Assembly (NCBI GenBank): GCA_030390025.1
Contig: CM059432.1
Span: 148,368,001 to 148,432,000, forward strand
Source of the DNA: Squalus acanthias
Lineage: Eukaryota
Direction of reading: 5' to 3'
Length of the DNA: 64,000 nt
Positions 25,208-36,830 of this stretch are shown here, in pieces. Position 1 is the first letter of the stretch. Each line of letters opens with the position of its first letter. The translations under genes and the position numbers were made by a program. The notes beneath the pieces were generated by a model. It saw only the letters and a program-made list of their open reading frames with translations, searched no databases and was not told where the DNA came from.

Positions 25208-25989
25208 CTTATTTATATCTACAGTACAATCAATGGCTGTATTGGTCAAATTTAGGAGTTTTGAAGACTTTTTTGTAGAGCCCTGATGCCTGCCGCAGCA
25301 GGCGCCCAACGCCACTTCCTTCCCACACGTCCGAGGAAAGCCACCCGGCAGCAGTGGGAATGCCGCCAGGAGCATCCCAGAAAAGTTCAAATGAGCCTGG
25401 CACCGCTCTCCCCCCACCAGATATGCCAGCGTCAGTGCACACAGAGACAGGGGGTGGAGGGGGGACCAAAGCCCACTCTGCCACCTGCTGATTCCGAAAA
25501 TCTAGGCCTTTGCATTTTTCTTTATTTTTACTACACATCAGATAAGACAGCTGGACAGAGAGTTATAGGGACAGCCAGGTGTCAGGCTGTGGAGGTTTGG
25601 AAGCAAGATCAGAGAGCATTTTATACTGAGTGCGAGTGGCCAAGGTGTTTAGTGGCATTTGGCAAAGATTGTGGTGCTGATGACTTCTTGGTATGATCAT
25701 TATGGCTGTGCTGTTTTCCAAGACGACAACATAGGGATTGCACACAGTTAAGTATCAGTTTTAGTCTTTCTTATCTGTGTACATTTTCAGTGTACCTATC
25801 TTCTGTTTCATAAGGTGCAGTTGTACAGAGAAGGGTACTTGCAGTCATCACCTCCCTTGCATTAGGCTAGTTAACCCCCTACCCAAGTCCCACCAACTAC
25901 TTTCTCACTGCTCTGAATGGGAACAAGAAAGGTGGATCGGCACAAAGACAGTTTTGCGGGGCACAAATGGAATTTGCCCTGGAGTGGAG

Positions 25990-26246
25990 GACCCTTCCTC
26001 CTGCCTTCAGCCGTCTGGAACGCACATTCTAGAATTCCCTCCCTAAATTTCTCCACCTTCTTCTCTTCCTTAAGACCCTCCTTGAAACCCACATCCTTGA
26101 CTACGTTTTTGGTCACCTCTCCTAACTATCTCCTTCTTCGGCTCAGCGTCCATTTTAGCCTGATTATACTTCTGTGAAGCACTTTGGGATGTTTTTCTAT
26201 GTCGAAGGTGCTCTATAAATGCACGCTCCTGCTGCCTGCTGCTGTT
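25990..26246 (+). mobile_element. L2-clade LINE 3' end
   Basis: TGTGAAGCACTTTGGGATG..GGTGCTCTATAAATGC tail shared with the other L2 copies. Confidence 0.65.
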
Positions 26247-27024
26247 GACTGGTGCAGTATTGGGTGGGGAAAAGGAAACAGAGACCCTCTAGCTTTGATA
26301 GAAGTGTGCCTGATACACAGAGCTGGGATATTTGGCAGCTCTAATTTGAAAGAGTAAAGATGTGTATGACTTTAAGAGTATGAATTCAGACATTGCACAG
26401 TTTGCACTCTCTGTGTATTGATACTTACTAAAGCCAACTTGAAGCTTATACAAATTAAAGCAGATAAAAACTAAAACGGCCACTGCTCTCTAAATCCACT
26501 CCACAAAATCCTAAATAATTGTACACCTCCTGTAAACACTCTGTGAAGTACAAAGAGTCAGCGGCAGAAACCAAGAAACAAAGCCACAGTAACATAAAGA
26601 ATGAATGGTGTCAGCTCAAAATGAATTATGCTCTAAACAGTACAGGGTAGTATTTTCAACTCTCGCGTGTTTTGTATAAACCCTGAGGTAAGAGGACAGT
26701 GAATGAACAATTGCTGCAATGATTTACAAGAGGCATCGATGATCCCCACAATGCGTTTTATACAAGACTGCAAGAAGGTGGGTGCTGCCATAAGGTACGT
26801 GGTAGTTGAGATTCTGTGATGTGCTCAGTAAGTTTAGTGTTATTGTCCTCCTCAAGCTCCATTTCTAATGCACAACCCATTTCACATATAACTTGTGATG
26901 TTATGTTTTACTCATGACATACTTGTCCTCATGTCTGTACTTCTTTAGCTTTCAAAATGACTACACTGGCCACCATGCACTGGTCTGCCCCTCTCCATCA
27001 CTCTGATCGTCAAGCAGCCCATGC

Positions 27025-27690
27025 CAGCCTACAGCAGGACCCAGATAACACCCAGGCTGGGCTGACAAGTAGCAGCTAGCCTTCGCACAACATTAGTGCC
27101 AGGCAGTGGCCACCTCCAACAAGAAGAAGCCCAACCACCTTCCCATGACCTTCAATGGCATCACGCTCAGCATTAACATTTTGGGGGGGGGGGTCACCAT
27201 TAACCAGAAGCTTAACTGGGCTGGTCATATCACAACAACACTCAAGAAGCTCCACACCATCCAGGATACAGTAGTCTGCTTCATTGGCACTCCTACCACT
27301 GGAATCAATACCCACCTCCTCCACCACTGGCATACTGTGACTGCAGTATGCACGACCTACAGGACGCACAACAATAACTCACCAAGCTTACCTCAACAGC
27401 TCTGCAAATGCAAGCTCCCAGGCCTGCAGCGTCTACCACCGAGAAACACAAGAGCAGCCATGTGATGGGTACACCACCACCTCTAAGTCACACACTTGGG
27501 ACATATTTTGGGTTAGGGTTAGGGTTCCATCATCGTCTCTGGGTCAAAATATGGGAATACCCTCCCTAGCATCATCACCACAAGGGCTGTGGCAGGTCAA
27601 GCAGAAGGCCCACCACCACCTGCTCAGGCTAACTCGGGACGGACGTTAAATACGGTGTTGCCAGCGTCGCCCAAATCCCGAGAACCGAAA
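27025..27690 (+). mobile_element. Degenerate copy of the third LINE family
   Basis: ORF 27106-27465 (GVTINQKLNWAGHI..TLKKLHTIQD) matches the 22663-24330 family. Confidence 0.7.
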
Positions 27691-27744
27691 CAATTTACGA
27701 GTTTCACTCTCCTGTCACGGAGCCTTTGGGATGGTTAAAGTGAG

Positions 27745-28015
27745 GACCTGTTGTTTGGATGCAAAAGATCCCATGGCAGTATTAGAAGAGCAGAGAGTTC
27801 TCCCAGTGTCTTGGGCCAACATTAATCCCTCAGCTAACATCACCAAATGCAGGTTAACCGGTCACTTACTTCAGCTGCTGACTGTGGGACCTTGCTGCGC
27901 ACAAATTGGCTGCCACTGTTACCTACATAACAGTGACTACAATGCAAAAGTCAATTCATTGACTGTGAAGCACTTTGAAAAGACCTGAGGATATGAAATG
28001 CAGTTTATTTTTTCC
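27745..28015 (+). mobile_element. Deu-domain SINE (SacSINE1/AmnSINE1-like) body and tail
   Basis: AAAAGATCCCATGGCA..GAAGAGCAG..TGCGCACAAATTGGCTGCC..ACAGTGACTAC, recalled as the DeuSINE central domain. Confidence 0.7.
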
Positions 28016-28040
28016 TTTGCTTGCAGCTCAGATTAGTAAA

Positions 28041-28594
28041 CAGTGTACAGTTTGGGTCTCCTTATTTAAGGAAGGATATACTTGCATTGGAGGCAGTTCG
28101 GAGACGATTCACTAGGTTAATTCCACAGATGAGGGGTTTGACTTGTGAGGAAAGGTTGAGCAGGCTGGGCCTATACTCATTGGAATTTAGAAGAATGAGA
28201 GGTGATCATATTGAAACATATAAGATACTGAGGGGGCTCGACAGGGTAGATGCAGAGAGGATATTTCCCCTCGTGGGGGAATCTAGAACTCGGGGGCATA
28301 GTTTCAGAATAAAGGGTCGCCCTTTTAGAACTGAGATGAGGAGGAATTTCTTCTCCCAGAGGGTCGGAAATCTGTGGAATTCTCTGCCCCAGAGAGCCAT
28401 GGAGGCTGGGTCATTAAATACATTTAAGGTGGCGATAGACAGGTATTTGCAAGATAAGGGAGTGAAGGGTTATGGGGAGCGGGCAGGGAAGTGGCTTTGA
28501 GCCCAAGATCAGCCATGATCTTATTGAATGGCGGAGCAGGCTCGAGGGGCCGAGTGGCCTGTTCCTGCTCCTATTTCTTATGTTCTTATATGTA
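28041..28594 (+). mobile_element. CR1 3' fragment
   Basis: ORF 28021-28500 carries CR1 C-terminal motifs. TTCTTATG tail. Confidence 0.9.
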
Positions 28595-28966
28595 TCCATT
28601 TGAATGAATGGCTAGAAAATCGGGCTGCAGCGACAAAGCACAGGGAGCACTTGATTCAAGAATCAAACCCATAATTTGGAATTCTGCGCAAATTCAGGAG
28701 TAATTGTATAATCTATTGCTCGTGGGATGGAGCAACACTTGCATGGAACGCATCTCTGGAAATCGCAAGCCTCGCTACCCACACATGCCATTCCCTATTA
28801 AGAGCTCAGGTCGTGGAATCAGCCCCTACGTGTTAATATTGTAGGAAGCATTTAAATGGATAATCCATCAGATATAGTTTATGCGCATTGGAAGGCAAAA
28901 CAAAGGCAAATTTCTGCTTCCACGGGAAAATATGAGACTGCTCCGAGAGATCACAGGCCAGTTTAC

Positions 28967-29086
28967 CTTCCAAAGCAAGACAGCAAGTAACAGGAAAATG
29001 AGAATTCCCACAAAAAGGCTGATGGCGATGATCCATCCCACAACGTAACCACGAGGCTCCAGATTGTGCAAGGCTTCAAACACCAC
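28967..29086 (-). CDS. ITGA9: Integrin alpha-9 transmembrane exon, VVFEALHNLEPRGYVVGWIIAISLFVGILIFLLLAVLLWK
   Basis: 120 nt. TAG acceptor at 29089-29087 after a pyrimidine tract, GTAAAC donor at 28966-28961. Hydrophobic helix ending LWK. Confidence 0.97.
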
Positions 29087-29801
29087 CTAGACAGAAAGAA
29101 AATCTGCGTTACACGCTGGGGTTCAGAGACACCAACTGACCAACATTAAGTATGGCATCACACAGGGTGCCAATAACTTCTCGGGACACTCCATTCTGAC
29201 AGTACGGTTTTGAGAGAAGTACTTCTCATCTGACATCCATATGCCAGCTTTCAGAATCATTTCTATTCCTTTAATTTTCCCATTCCGATAGTAATAATGA
29301 TTACGTCTCCTGTAAAACAATTTATTGGGTTGGTAAAAGGTTCAGCTACATGACTCGTGTAGACGATCATACTAGCAGCTGAAAATTCATTCACTCTAAA
29401 ATTCTGCGACTGGAGAGAACACAACACCTGATTTCCATCCAGGGCGGCTGAATTTGGGGCAGAGTCTGATTACGGTGGGATTCTGCCCCATTTGTAGTGG
29501 CCCTTTAAATTTCAGTGGGGGGGGGAGCGGGGGAGACATGGTAAGATCTACCGCTTGCCCCCTGCCCCAACCAATAGTTAAGGGGCTATGTTTGGGGGAG
29601 TTCCTGTGCTTCCCCAGAAATTCTGTTTTTCCTGTCTTTAATATACCGAAGTGGACCACCCACCAGTTGAGAGCTTGTTTGAGTCCCTTTGAGGCCTTCT
29701 TAAAAGGTGCCAAGCCTCATCTAGACCGAGGTAATCAAATCCTGGGGGGGAAAGGATTGATTAACCTGTCTGAAGGCCACGTGGCTCCTTTTGGAGCCAA
29801 A

Positions 29802-30796
29802 GGGCTGGATTTTGATACTGGGGCGGGTTGGGGTCGTGTCATCCACTTTTCGTGTTATCCACCCGACTGCAATTGGATGTGGGAGATTGATGCAATTTTC
29901 ACTTAATTGGGCAATTGAGTTCCAGCATGTGGGAACCCATGAACCAATTAGTGGTTTCAGTCTGAAAGTCGCCTCTGATGATGTCATCATTGCAGGTCAG
30001 AGACTGCCCGGCCTTTGCTGTGAGAGGACCTGGATGCAAAATGAGCGAGAGAGAGAGAGAGTCCTCCCAGGCAGTCCCCCGCGATATCACACTCCGCGCC
30101 GGCCGTTGTGTTTCGGGCCCACACGAACTTCAGCTCCTGGACCTCTCCCTGGTGCCAGGCGCGCAGTGTGTGCGTGTCCCAGAGGCGCAGTTAGTTCGAT
30201 GCGACCTCTGGGATCACGTGGGCAATGGAGAGCCAATGGCAGCACACCATCTTTCATTCATAGCTTTGACAGGAGAACTGTCAAAACTATGAATACAAAT
30301 TGCCCCCAAAAGAACAGCTAAACCTCAAATAAATTTTAAAAAAACCATCACATTAATAAAATAACTATAGTTAAATAAATTAACCACTTTAAACAAAAAT
30401 TTAAATTTTTGAAAAAATTTAAATTCTTTTTAAAAGTTATAAAAATAAACTTACCTTTCTTTAAAGTCTCTAAAAAAGATAAACCTGTTGAAAAGAATTT
30501 AAAATAATACTTAATTAACGACTTACCTTGTTAAAAGGGGGTCTTACGCCTCCTTTCTTCATGTGTAAAATCTTCCGTACTTACCTTCGCGTTGAAACCT
30601 GAAAAAAAACCTAAATGCGCTGCGTGCGCACAGCCTGTAGTGCGCACGCGGTTCACTTAGGAACCGCCCCCTTAGCCATACCCGAAGTGCCGGTTTCCCG
30701 CGCATGCGCAGTGCATGCAGGAAACCGGCACTTCGGGACTGAATACGCGAGAGTACACAGTGCGTACTCTCCCGTTTTCAGCCGAATTTTTGGGCC
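29802..30796. mobile_element. Composite of Harbinger-type MITE ends
   Basis: Left end GGGCTGGATTTTG (as in 49349-50172) and right end CCGAATTTTTGGGCC. The flanks do not form a TSD, so probably two partial elements. Confidence 0.5.
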
Positions 30797-30800
30797 ATTT

Positions 30801-30969
30801 TATTTAAGAAGGAGATAGATAGATTTCTAGACACAAAAGGCATCAAGGGGTATGGGGAGAGAGCGGGAATATGGTATTGAGATAGAGGATCAGCCATGAT
30901 CATATTGAATGGCAGAGCAGGCTCGAAGGGCCGAAGGGGCAACTCCTATTTTTCTATGTTTCCATGTTT
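30801..30969 (+). mobile_element. CR1 3' end, young subfamily
   Basis: Near-identical to 7530-7702 apart from a short deletion in the tail. Confidence 0.88.
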
Positions 30970-31279
30970 CAGGGAAACTTCCTAAAACATCAATGATGCC
31001 CCTTGAATACAGTGACAATGGCACTCTGGGAAAAAAACTGCCCAGAGGTGCCATGTTAGCACAGTTTCGATGTCAGAATCATTTACAGCACAGAAGGGGG
31101 CCCTGTGACGCATCGTACCTAGACCAGCTCTGAAAAAGTTAGCCATATTGTCCCATTCCCCAGCCCTCTTTATAAATATTTAATTTTATTCTTCCCTTTT
31201 TAAAAGCTATTATGGATTCTACTTCCACCACTGATTCTGGTCGGACAGCTATGTTTTAAAACAAAGGCTGCCATTTTGT

Positions 31280-32127
31280 AAATGGAGGTGGCTTGGGAGC
31301 GGGTCAGCTGGTTTCCGGGTCAGCTGGTCCCGCTCCCAACTGCATCCGGCCCACGGACGTGATTTTACGTTGATTGATCTTGTTAACGCCGCCCTGTGGG
31401 CTTGCCAGCCAATTAAGAGGAAGCCGGTCAGATGACGTCATCCGCCAGTTTTCTTAAAAGGACCACGCACAATTTTTTTTGACAGCTGATTTCTCAGTGT
31501 TTGACAGCATTGAGGTGCTGCAAACACTGACAATCACTGCACAAAAGTGGGCTCTTGCAACCAGGCTCTCCAATGACTCCCTCCCTAGGCTGCAGCAGAT
31601 GACAGCTGCAGGTGAGGTTACAGAAGCGATCTGTCACTGGTGAGAGAGGTTCTCCCAATGAGGTGGGACTAGACATCCAATTCAAAACTTGTAACCTACA
31701 GAAAAGTGTAAATGCATTAAAAATGATTTTCCCAACATTTTCTAACCTCTGAAACTCACCAGTGCACCAATGGATCCTTCACATCACTTCTGCAGCTGTC
31801 ATCAATGCAGAAACATTACAGCAGACTCACAACATGCCACACTTACCTGGCATGGTGTCCGGACATCGGGAAACCCAAGGCAGAAGCAGCAAAATTGAAA
31901 AAGAGCCTGTTAACTACTATCAAGTACCTGTTAACAGGCAGGTAAGTGGCTTTAATCCTCTTCCCGCCGCTAGGTGTCAGGTCCATGTGCAAATCGGGAA
32001 CCCGACACTTGGGAAGATTGATTGGAGGCGGGTTGACAGCGGGTTTCCTACCCGCTGTCAATCTTTGCGATTTTGACAACGGTCCTGCCTCCAAACCCGC
32101 ACTCTGAGCGCCGGCAAAATTCCGGCC
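31280..32127 (+). mobile_element. Further-deleted derivative of the 1.7-kb Harbinger family
   Basis: Shares GAGGTGCTGCAAACACTGACAATCACTGCACA, GGTGAGAGAG..CCAATGAGGTG and the right end AAAATTCCGGCC with 5312-7101. Confidence 0.7.
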
Positions 32128-33017
32128 AAAATGTTTTATTCATTCTAGGGATGTGGACATCACTGGCAGGTTTGGCATTCATTGTCTGATTGCTCTAATT
32201 GCCGTGATTGAGTGGCTTGTTCGGCCACTTTAGTGGGCAGTTAGGAGTCAACCACATTGGTGTGGGACTGGAGTCACAGAGAGACCAGATGGCAGGTTTC
32301 CTCCCCTAAAGGAATTGAATTAACCAGCTGGGTTTCTGCAACAACGCTCTGCATAAATAAATTTCTCCTGAGGTCGCCCTTCATTCTTTGGTGGTGATCT
32401 TAAACATAGCCTCGAGTTAGCGACTCACCAACCAATGGAAATAGTCTTTCACAATTTAAAATTTTGAACTTCTCGCTCTTCTCAAACTTTGTTCTAATAA
32501 AGGAGCCCCAATTTCTCGAGTCTCCCCTCATAACTAAATATTCTCATCTCTGGAAATACCTTTGTGGCTTAAAATCAACTTTCGAAATAGAGGTGCAAAT
32601 TGCCGGATAGACTTAAAAATAGTCGCTCTGTTATCTCAGAAAATATACAGATACAATTATTTTCACTTATTTAAAGCTGTTAAACAACACACTTTAACAT
32701 TCCATTCCGACTGCTCCTTTCCCAGTGAGCGGATATGTGCTGGAAACAGTTGACCTCTGACTTATGACTTCTAACCTCTACACAGGGCTTGGGCAGGCTT
32801 TTTGCACATGCAAAGGTCACTTCTTACTTATCCCAGAGCTCTCAACATTGGCGATCTGTTCGGAGTCATATTTATGATCAGCAAGCATGACGCAGATTGT
32901 AATCCAATTTGAACATAAATATTTCAACCCACACGTCTGAACGCTCTCCTAATAAAGGACATGTGGTGGATCTGTCAAGTTCGCTCGCACACACATTATT
33001 CCTGCCTCTGCTGAACT

Positions 33018-33440
33018 TAACAGCAACAACAACATGCATTTATACGGCACCTTTAACACAGTAAAAACATCCCATGGCGCTTCACAGGAGCGATTATCAG
33101 ACAAAATTTGACACCAAACCACATAAAAAAATATTAGGACAGGTGACCAAAAGCTTGGTCAAAGAGGTAAGTTTTAAGGAGTTACCTAAAGGAAGAGAGC
33201 AAGGTAGAGAGGCGGTAAAGTTTAGGGAGGGAATTCCAGAGCTTAGGGCCCAGGCAGCTGAAAGCACGGCCACCAATGGTGGAACGATGAAAATCGGGAA
33301 TGCACAAGAGGTCAGAATTGGAGGAGCGCAGAGATCTCGGACGGTTATAGGGCTGAAGGGGGGCTACAGAGACAGGGAGGGGCGAGGCCATGGAGGGATT
33401 TGAACACAAGGCTGAGAATTTTAAAATCGAGACGTTGCCT
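33018..33440 (-). mobile_element. L2-clade LINE 3' end
   Basis: ORF 33182-33409 contains RSLRSS..TIGGRAFSCLGPKLWNSLP. (CAA)n tail. Confidence 0.85.
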
Positions 33441-33552
33441 TAAGGAATATGATTTGAGTCCCTCACAGATGTATTATTAAACGGCAGCAATTTGTGCTTA
33501 TAAAGAGACATAGTTCTTGTGGTCTGTACCCGATTGCCATTCATTTAAATTA

Positions 33553-33912
33553 AGTGTCACCTTGGCTCAGTGGGAGCACTCTTGCCTCTGAGTCGAAGTG
33601 TTGTGGGTTTATGCTCCACTCCAGAGATTTGAGCACAAAATTTAGGTTGAAAGGGAGATGTCATCTTTCATACAAGATGTTAAACTGAGGTCTTGTATTC
33701 CCTCTCGGGTAGATGTTAAAGACCCTATGGCACTATTCAAAGAAGGGCAGGGGAGTTCTTCTGGTGTCCTGGCCATCAATTGTCCCTCAATCAACATAAT
33801 TAAAACGGATTCGGTAGGCAATTATCTCATGGATACTTGTAGGATCTTCCTATGTGCGTTGGCTGCCACTTTTCCCTGCATTACAACAGTGACTACACTT
33901 CAAAAAGTACTT
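33553..33912 (+). mobile_element. Deu-domain SINE with tRNA-derived head
   Basis: A-box-like TGGCTCAGTGG near 33563, followed by a body matching 27745-28015. Confidence 0.7.
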
Positions 33913-33914
33913 TT

Positions 33915-35365
33915 TAAAATCTGTTCTCAGGATGTGGGTGACTTGCCTTGAGAAGTTGATGGTGGGCCACCTTCTTGACAGCGATTGCTTTTTATCACTG
34001 AATGGCTTGCAAGGCAACTTCAAAAGGTATTAAGAGTCAGCCACACAGTGTGGGAATAAAATGATGTGTCGGTCAGACCTGAAGGACATTAGCAAATCAG
34101 TTGGGTTGTGAAGGAATAAGCCGTATAACCTATTCAGAAAAATACACTATCTTATGAAAGAATTCTGGCCTTATTAAAACATGACAAACTGGGCTTGAAA
34201 ATTTAGAAACCTAACTATCAAATAGCTATGAAAGAATTCTGGCTATTGAGATAAGACAGTTGTTGACCCTGGATAAATAATCTTATTGAAAGAGAAGGTG
34301 CATGGCTCCGACAGGCTGACCTTTGGGAACAAAAACAATGGTTCATCCTGGATAAGGTGTTCTAATTTAAACTTCGTAAAGATGGCACATAAAATAAGGA
34401 CCACTTGCCCTTCACACCGTTCTCTATGGTAAACTCAGAACACCTGGAGATGAGACAAGATTCTGGCTGATGTAGCAGTAAGAATTGCAGAGGTTGGCAG
34501 AAAGATGAATAGGGATAATTAACTTGGGTCAGCAGAAACTTTAAAGGAAATACCACTGAAAAAGGGTATAAATATTGAACTCTCAAATGGGATATCAGAC
34601 TCGCTTTAATTGGGCAAAGCGATTCTCGACCACAGAGGCGGCTCTGTGGTCTCCAACTCTTTGTACCTCGGGGATCAAAGGTATTTGATATTGATGGATA
34701 TCCTGTATAGAAAACTTTAAGAACTGTAATACTGTAGCGAAGTTAAGATTTAAAAGTAAGATTCTCTGTTAATAATAAGATTGTATTTTTTCTCCTTTTT
34801 AGAACTGTTAATGTTGCGATTGACTGATCCACCAACTGTAAATTACATGTCGGTTCTTTCAATAAATCTCTATATATTTTTAGAATTGTCTCACATAAGT
34901 CTTCTGTATCAATAACTCATGAACTCAATCTCTGTACACTCTTTGGTGAAGAGTTACAGAATTCTGAGGGAGTTTTCCGGACCCTCATAATATCCGGACG
35001 TTACAGTCTAGCTAAACTTATTTAAAAGCGCTATCTGGAGGACGGTAACATTCTCGGGTTGTTCCTTTCCTTTAGGGAGAGATAGTCCGGACCTTTAGAC
35101 CCAATTAAGCGTCTTTAGGATTCGGCTACCTCAAACTTTAATTGAAAGTGAACATCTGAGAAATACGCCTGATCCGGGATTGGGGCTAGGACTAGTAAAA
35201 ATCCCTTCAGGGTTTTCACAATGATCTGGTAATTGTTTCTGGTGATAGCCTACAAATTACGAGATTTATTTAATTCAATTTCACAACTTGCCATAGTGGG
35301 ATTTTATACTCATGACCTCTGGCTTGCTAGCACAGCACCATAACCAATAGGCTGTTGTACCCCTA
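33915..35365 (-). mobile_element. tRNA-derived SINE split by a solo LTR
   Basis: Head-like sequence at 35365-35290. Body at 33990-34106 matches 32200-32345. Tail resembles the third LINE family. Confidence 0.55.
34107..35209 (+). mobile_element. Solo LTR (~1.1 kb), ERV- or Gypsy-type
   Basis: TG...CA ends (TGTGAAGG / CCCTTCA). GGGT on both flanks (34103-34106, 35210-35213). TATAAATA at 34567 and AATAAA at 34861. Cleanly interrupts a SINE. Confidence 0.8.
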
Positions 35366-35595
35366 CTTCATGCTTCTACAACGCATTTGAAAATTTGCAG
35401 CATGGCATGAATAAAGGGCAATAATTTACGGTGTTCCTCTGAAATCGTGGAATTCCCTATCTAACACCTTGTGGTAGCACCATCACCATAAGGTCTGCAG
35501 TGGTAGAAGGCCCACTATCATCTGTTCAGGGCATCTAAGGAGGGTCAATGTATGCAGCCTTGCCAGCATCATCCACATTCCATGAAAAAAATATA

Positions 35596-36344
35596 GGTCC
35601 GGAATTTGCGATTGTAGTGACGGAGAAACTGTCAACGTTCGCCGTCATTACTCTGTGAATCTGACAGTAACTCCTGGAGTATGCACGTGCATAGTTAAAC
35701 GCAGAAATCCAGAAGTTGCTGTTAGTCATTCCCTGCTCCTCCACAGGGCGCTCCCTGCTGAACTCCTCGGAGCCGGCAATCAAGTGAAATCACTGAACTG
35801 ACAAAAGCTTCCCCTTTTACGCTGGTATATCACTCTTACAAACCCCTAAAAAAGTTAAGCCTTGTTCAATGAGGTGTAACTGGGTTTTATAATGGCGTAC
35901 TGAGTCATAATTACTGCTGAACAACCGTTCTTCCCCTGAAAAACTAATTTTATATTTGTGGAATGTCAAACTTTTCCATTATGATAAAAATTCCATGGTT
36001 TTTTATAATTCTTTTTTTAACGTTTGTTTGTGATATTTCAGCTTCTACCTTAATCCCATGTGTATGTCCCAATCTTTATTTTGCTCTCTGTAAAAGGAAA
36101 ATCAGTGCATTTTACTTCCTGGTTTGCTGTCTGAGAGAATTCTTCGATGTGATTGACTGCTTAGCTAGCTTGATGACATCACTGTTGCTGGTCACTGGAG
36201 ATGCCCTAGACTTGGCACCAGATTCAAATTAATGTTGGGAGAGGTGAAATCGATGCCACAGAGATCGCTAGATCTTTGTGGGCAGCTTTCTTTGAGGTCG
36301 GCGGCAAGCGCCATCACTTCGCTGCTGACCGCAAAATCCGGGCC
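35596..36344. mobile_element. Harbinger-type MITE with ATA TSD
   Basis: TIRs GGTCCGGAATTTGCG / CGCAAAATCCGGGCC. ATA at 35593-35595 and 36345-36347. Confidence 0.85.
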
Positions 36345-36469
36345 ATAATAAAATAAGCACTACAATGGTGGTCCCAGCAGGGAGCAGGACTCAGGAAACC
36401 AGAAGCACTTGGCCACAATTTTCCAAGATGCACTCCCTACAAATACAGCTCTCACAAATGAAGTATATA

Positions 36470-36830
36470 CACCAGAAAGACCCTGGTTTGATTCCCAGTC
36501 TATGTTGAGCGAGGCAATGTCTCTAAGACTAATTTTTTTTTTGGGGGTGGGGGGGGGGGGGGGGTGGGTATGGTGGCTACAATCGGTCACAGTACCCCTC
36601 AGCTAGGAAATGGGAAAGAATCTGTGGTATCAAGAGACCCATGCTGGAAGAATGTGTGTTGAGGACATGATTGGGACTGGTTGTGATGTCCCTGGTGTGA
36701 CACTCACCATCTGGGCTCACACATGAAGAACAGGCAACCTGGACAAGGTACCGGAGAGGTGGTAGCACCTGTGGAATCCTAGGCCAGTATGAGTCAATGA
36801 CGAGGGGAGCAGAGGGGAGAAAATGGGGGA
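36470..36830 (+). mobile_element. Old tRNA-derived SINE
   Basis: B-box-like GGTTTGATTCCC near 36485. Body matches the reverse complement of 3975-4345. Confidence 0.45.

Noticed and set aside
27510..27526. Interstitial telomere GGGTTAGGGTTAGGGTT
   Set aside because: Under three units inside a decayed LINE; too short to distinguish from slippage.
28868..29086. Stand-alone 72-aa membrane microprotein
   Set aside because: It is the ITGA9 transmembrane exon read through its splice donor.
33553..33630. tRNA gene
   Set aside because: Only degenerate A/B boxes with no cloverleaf, continuous with a SINE body.
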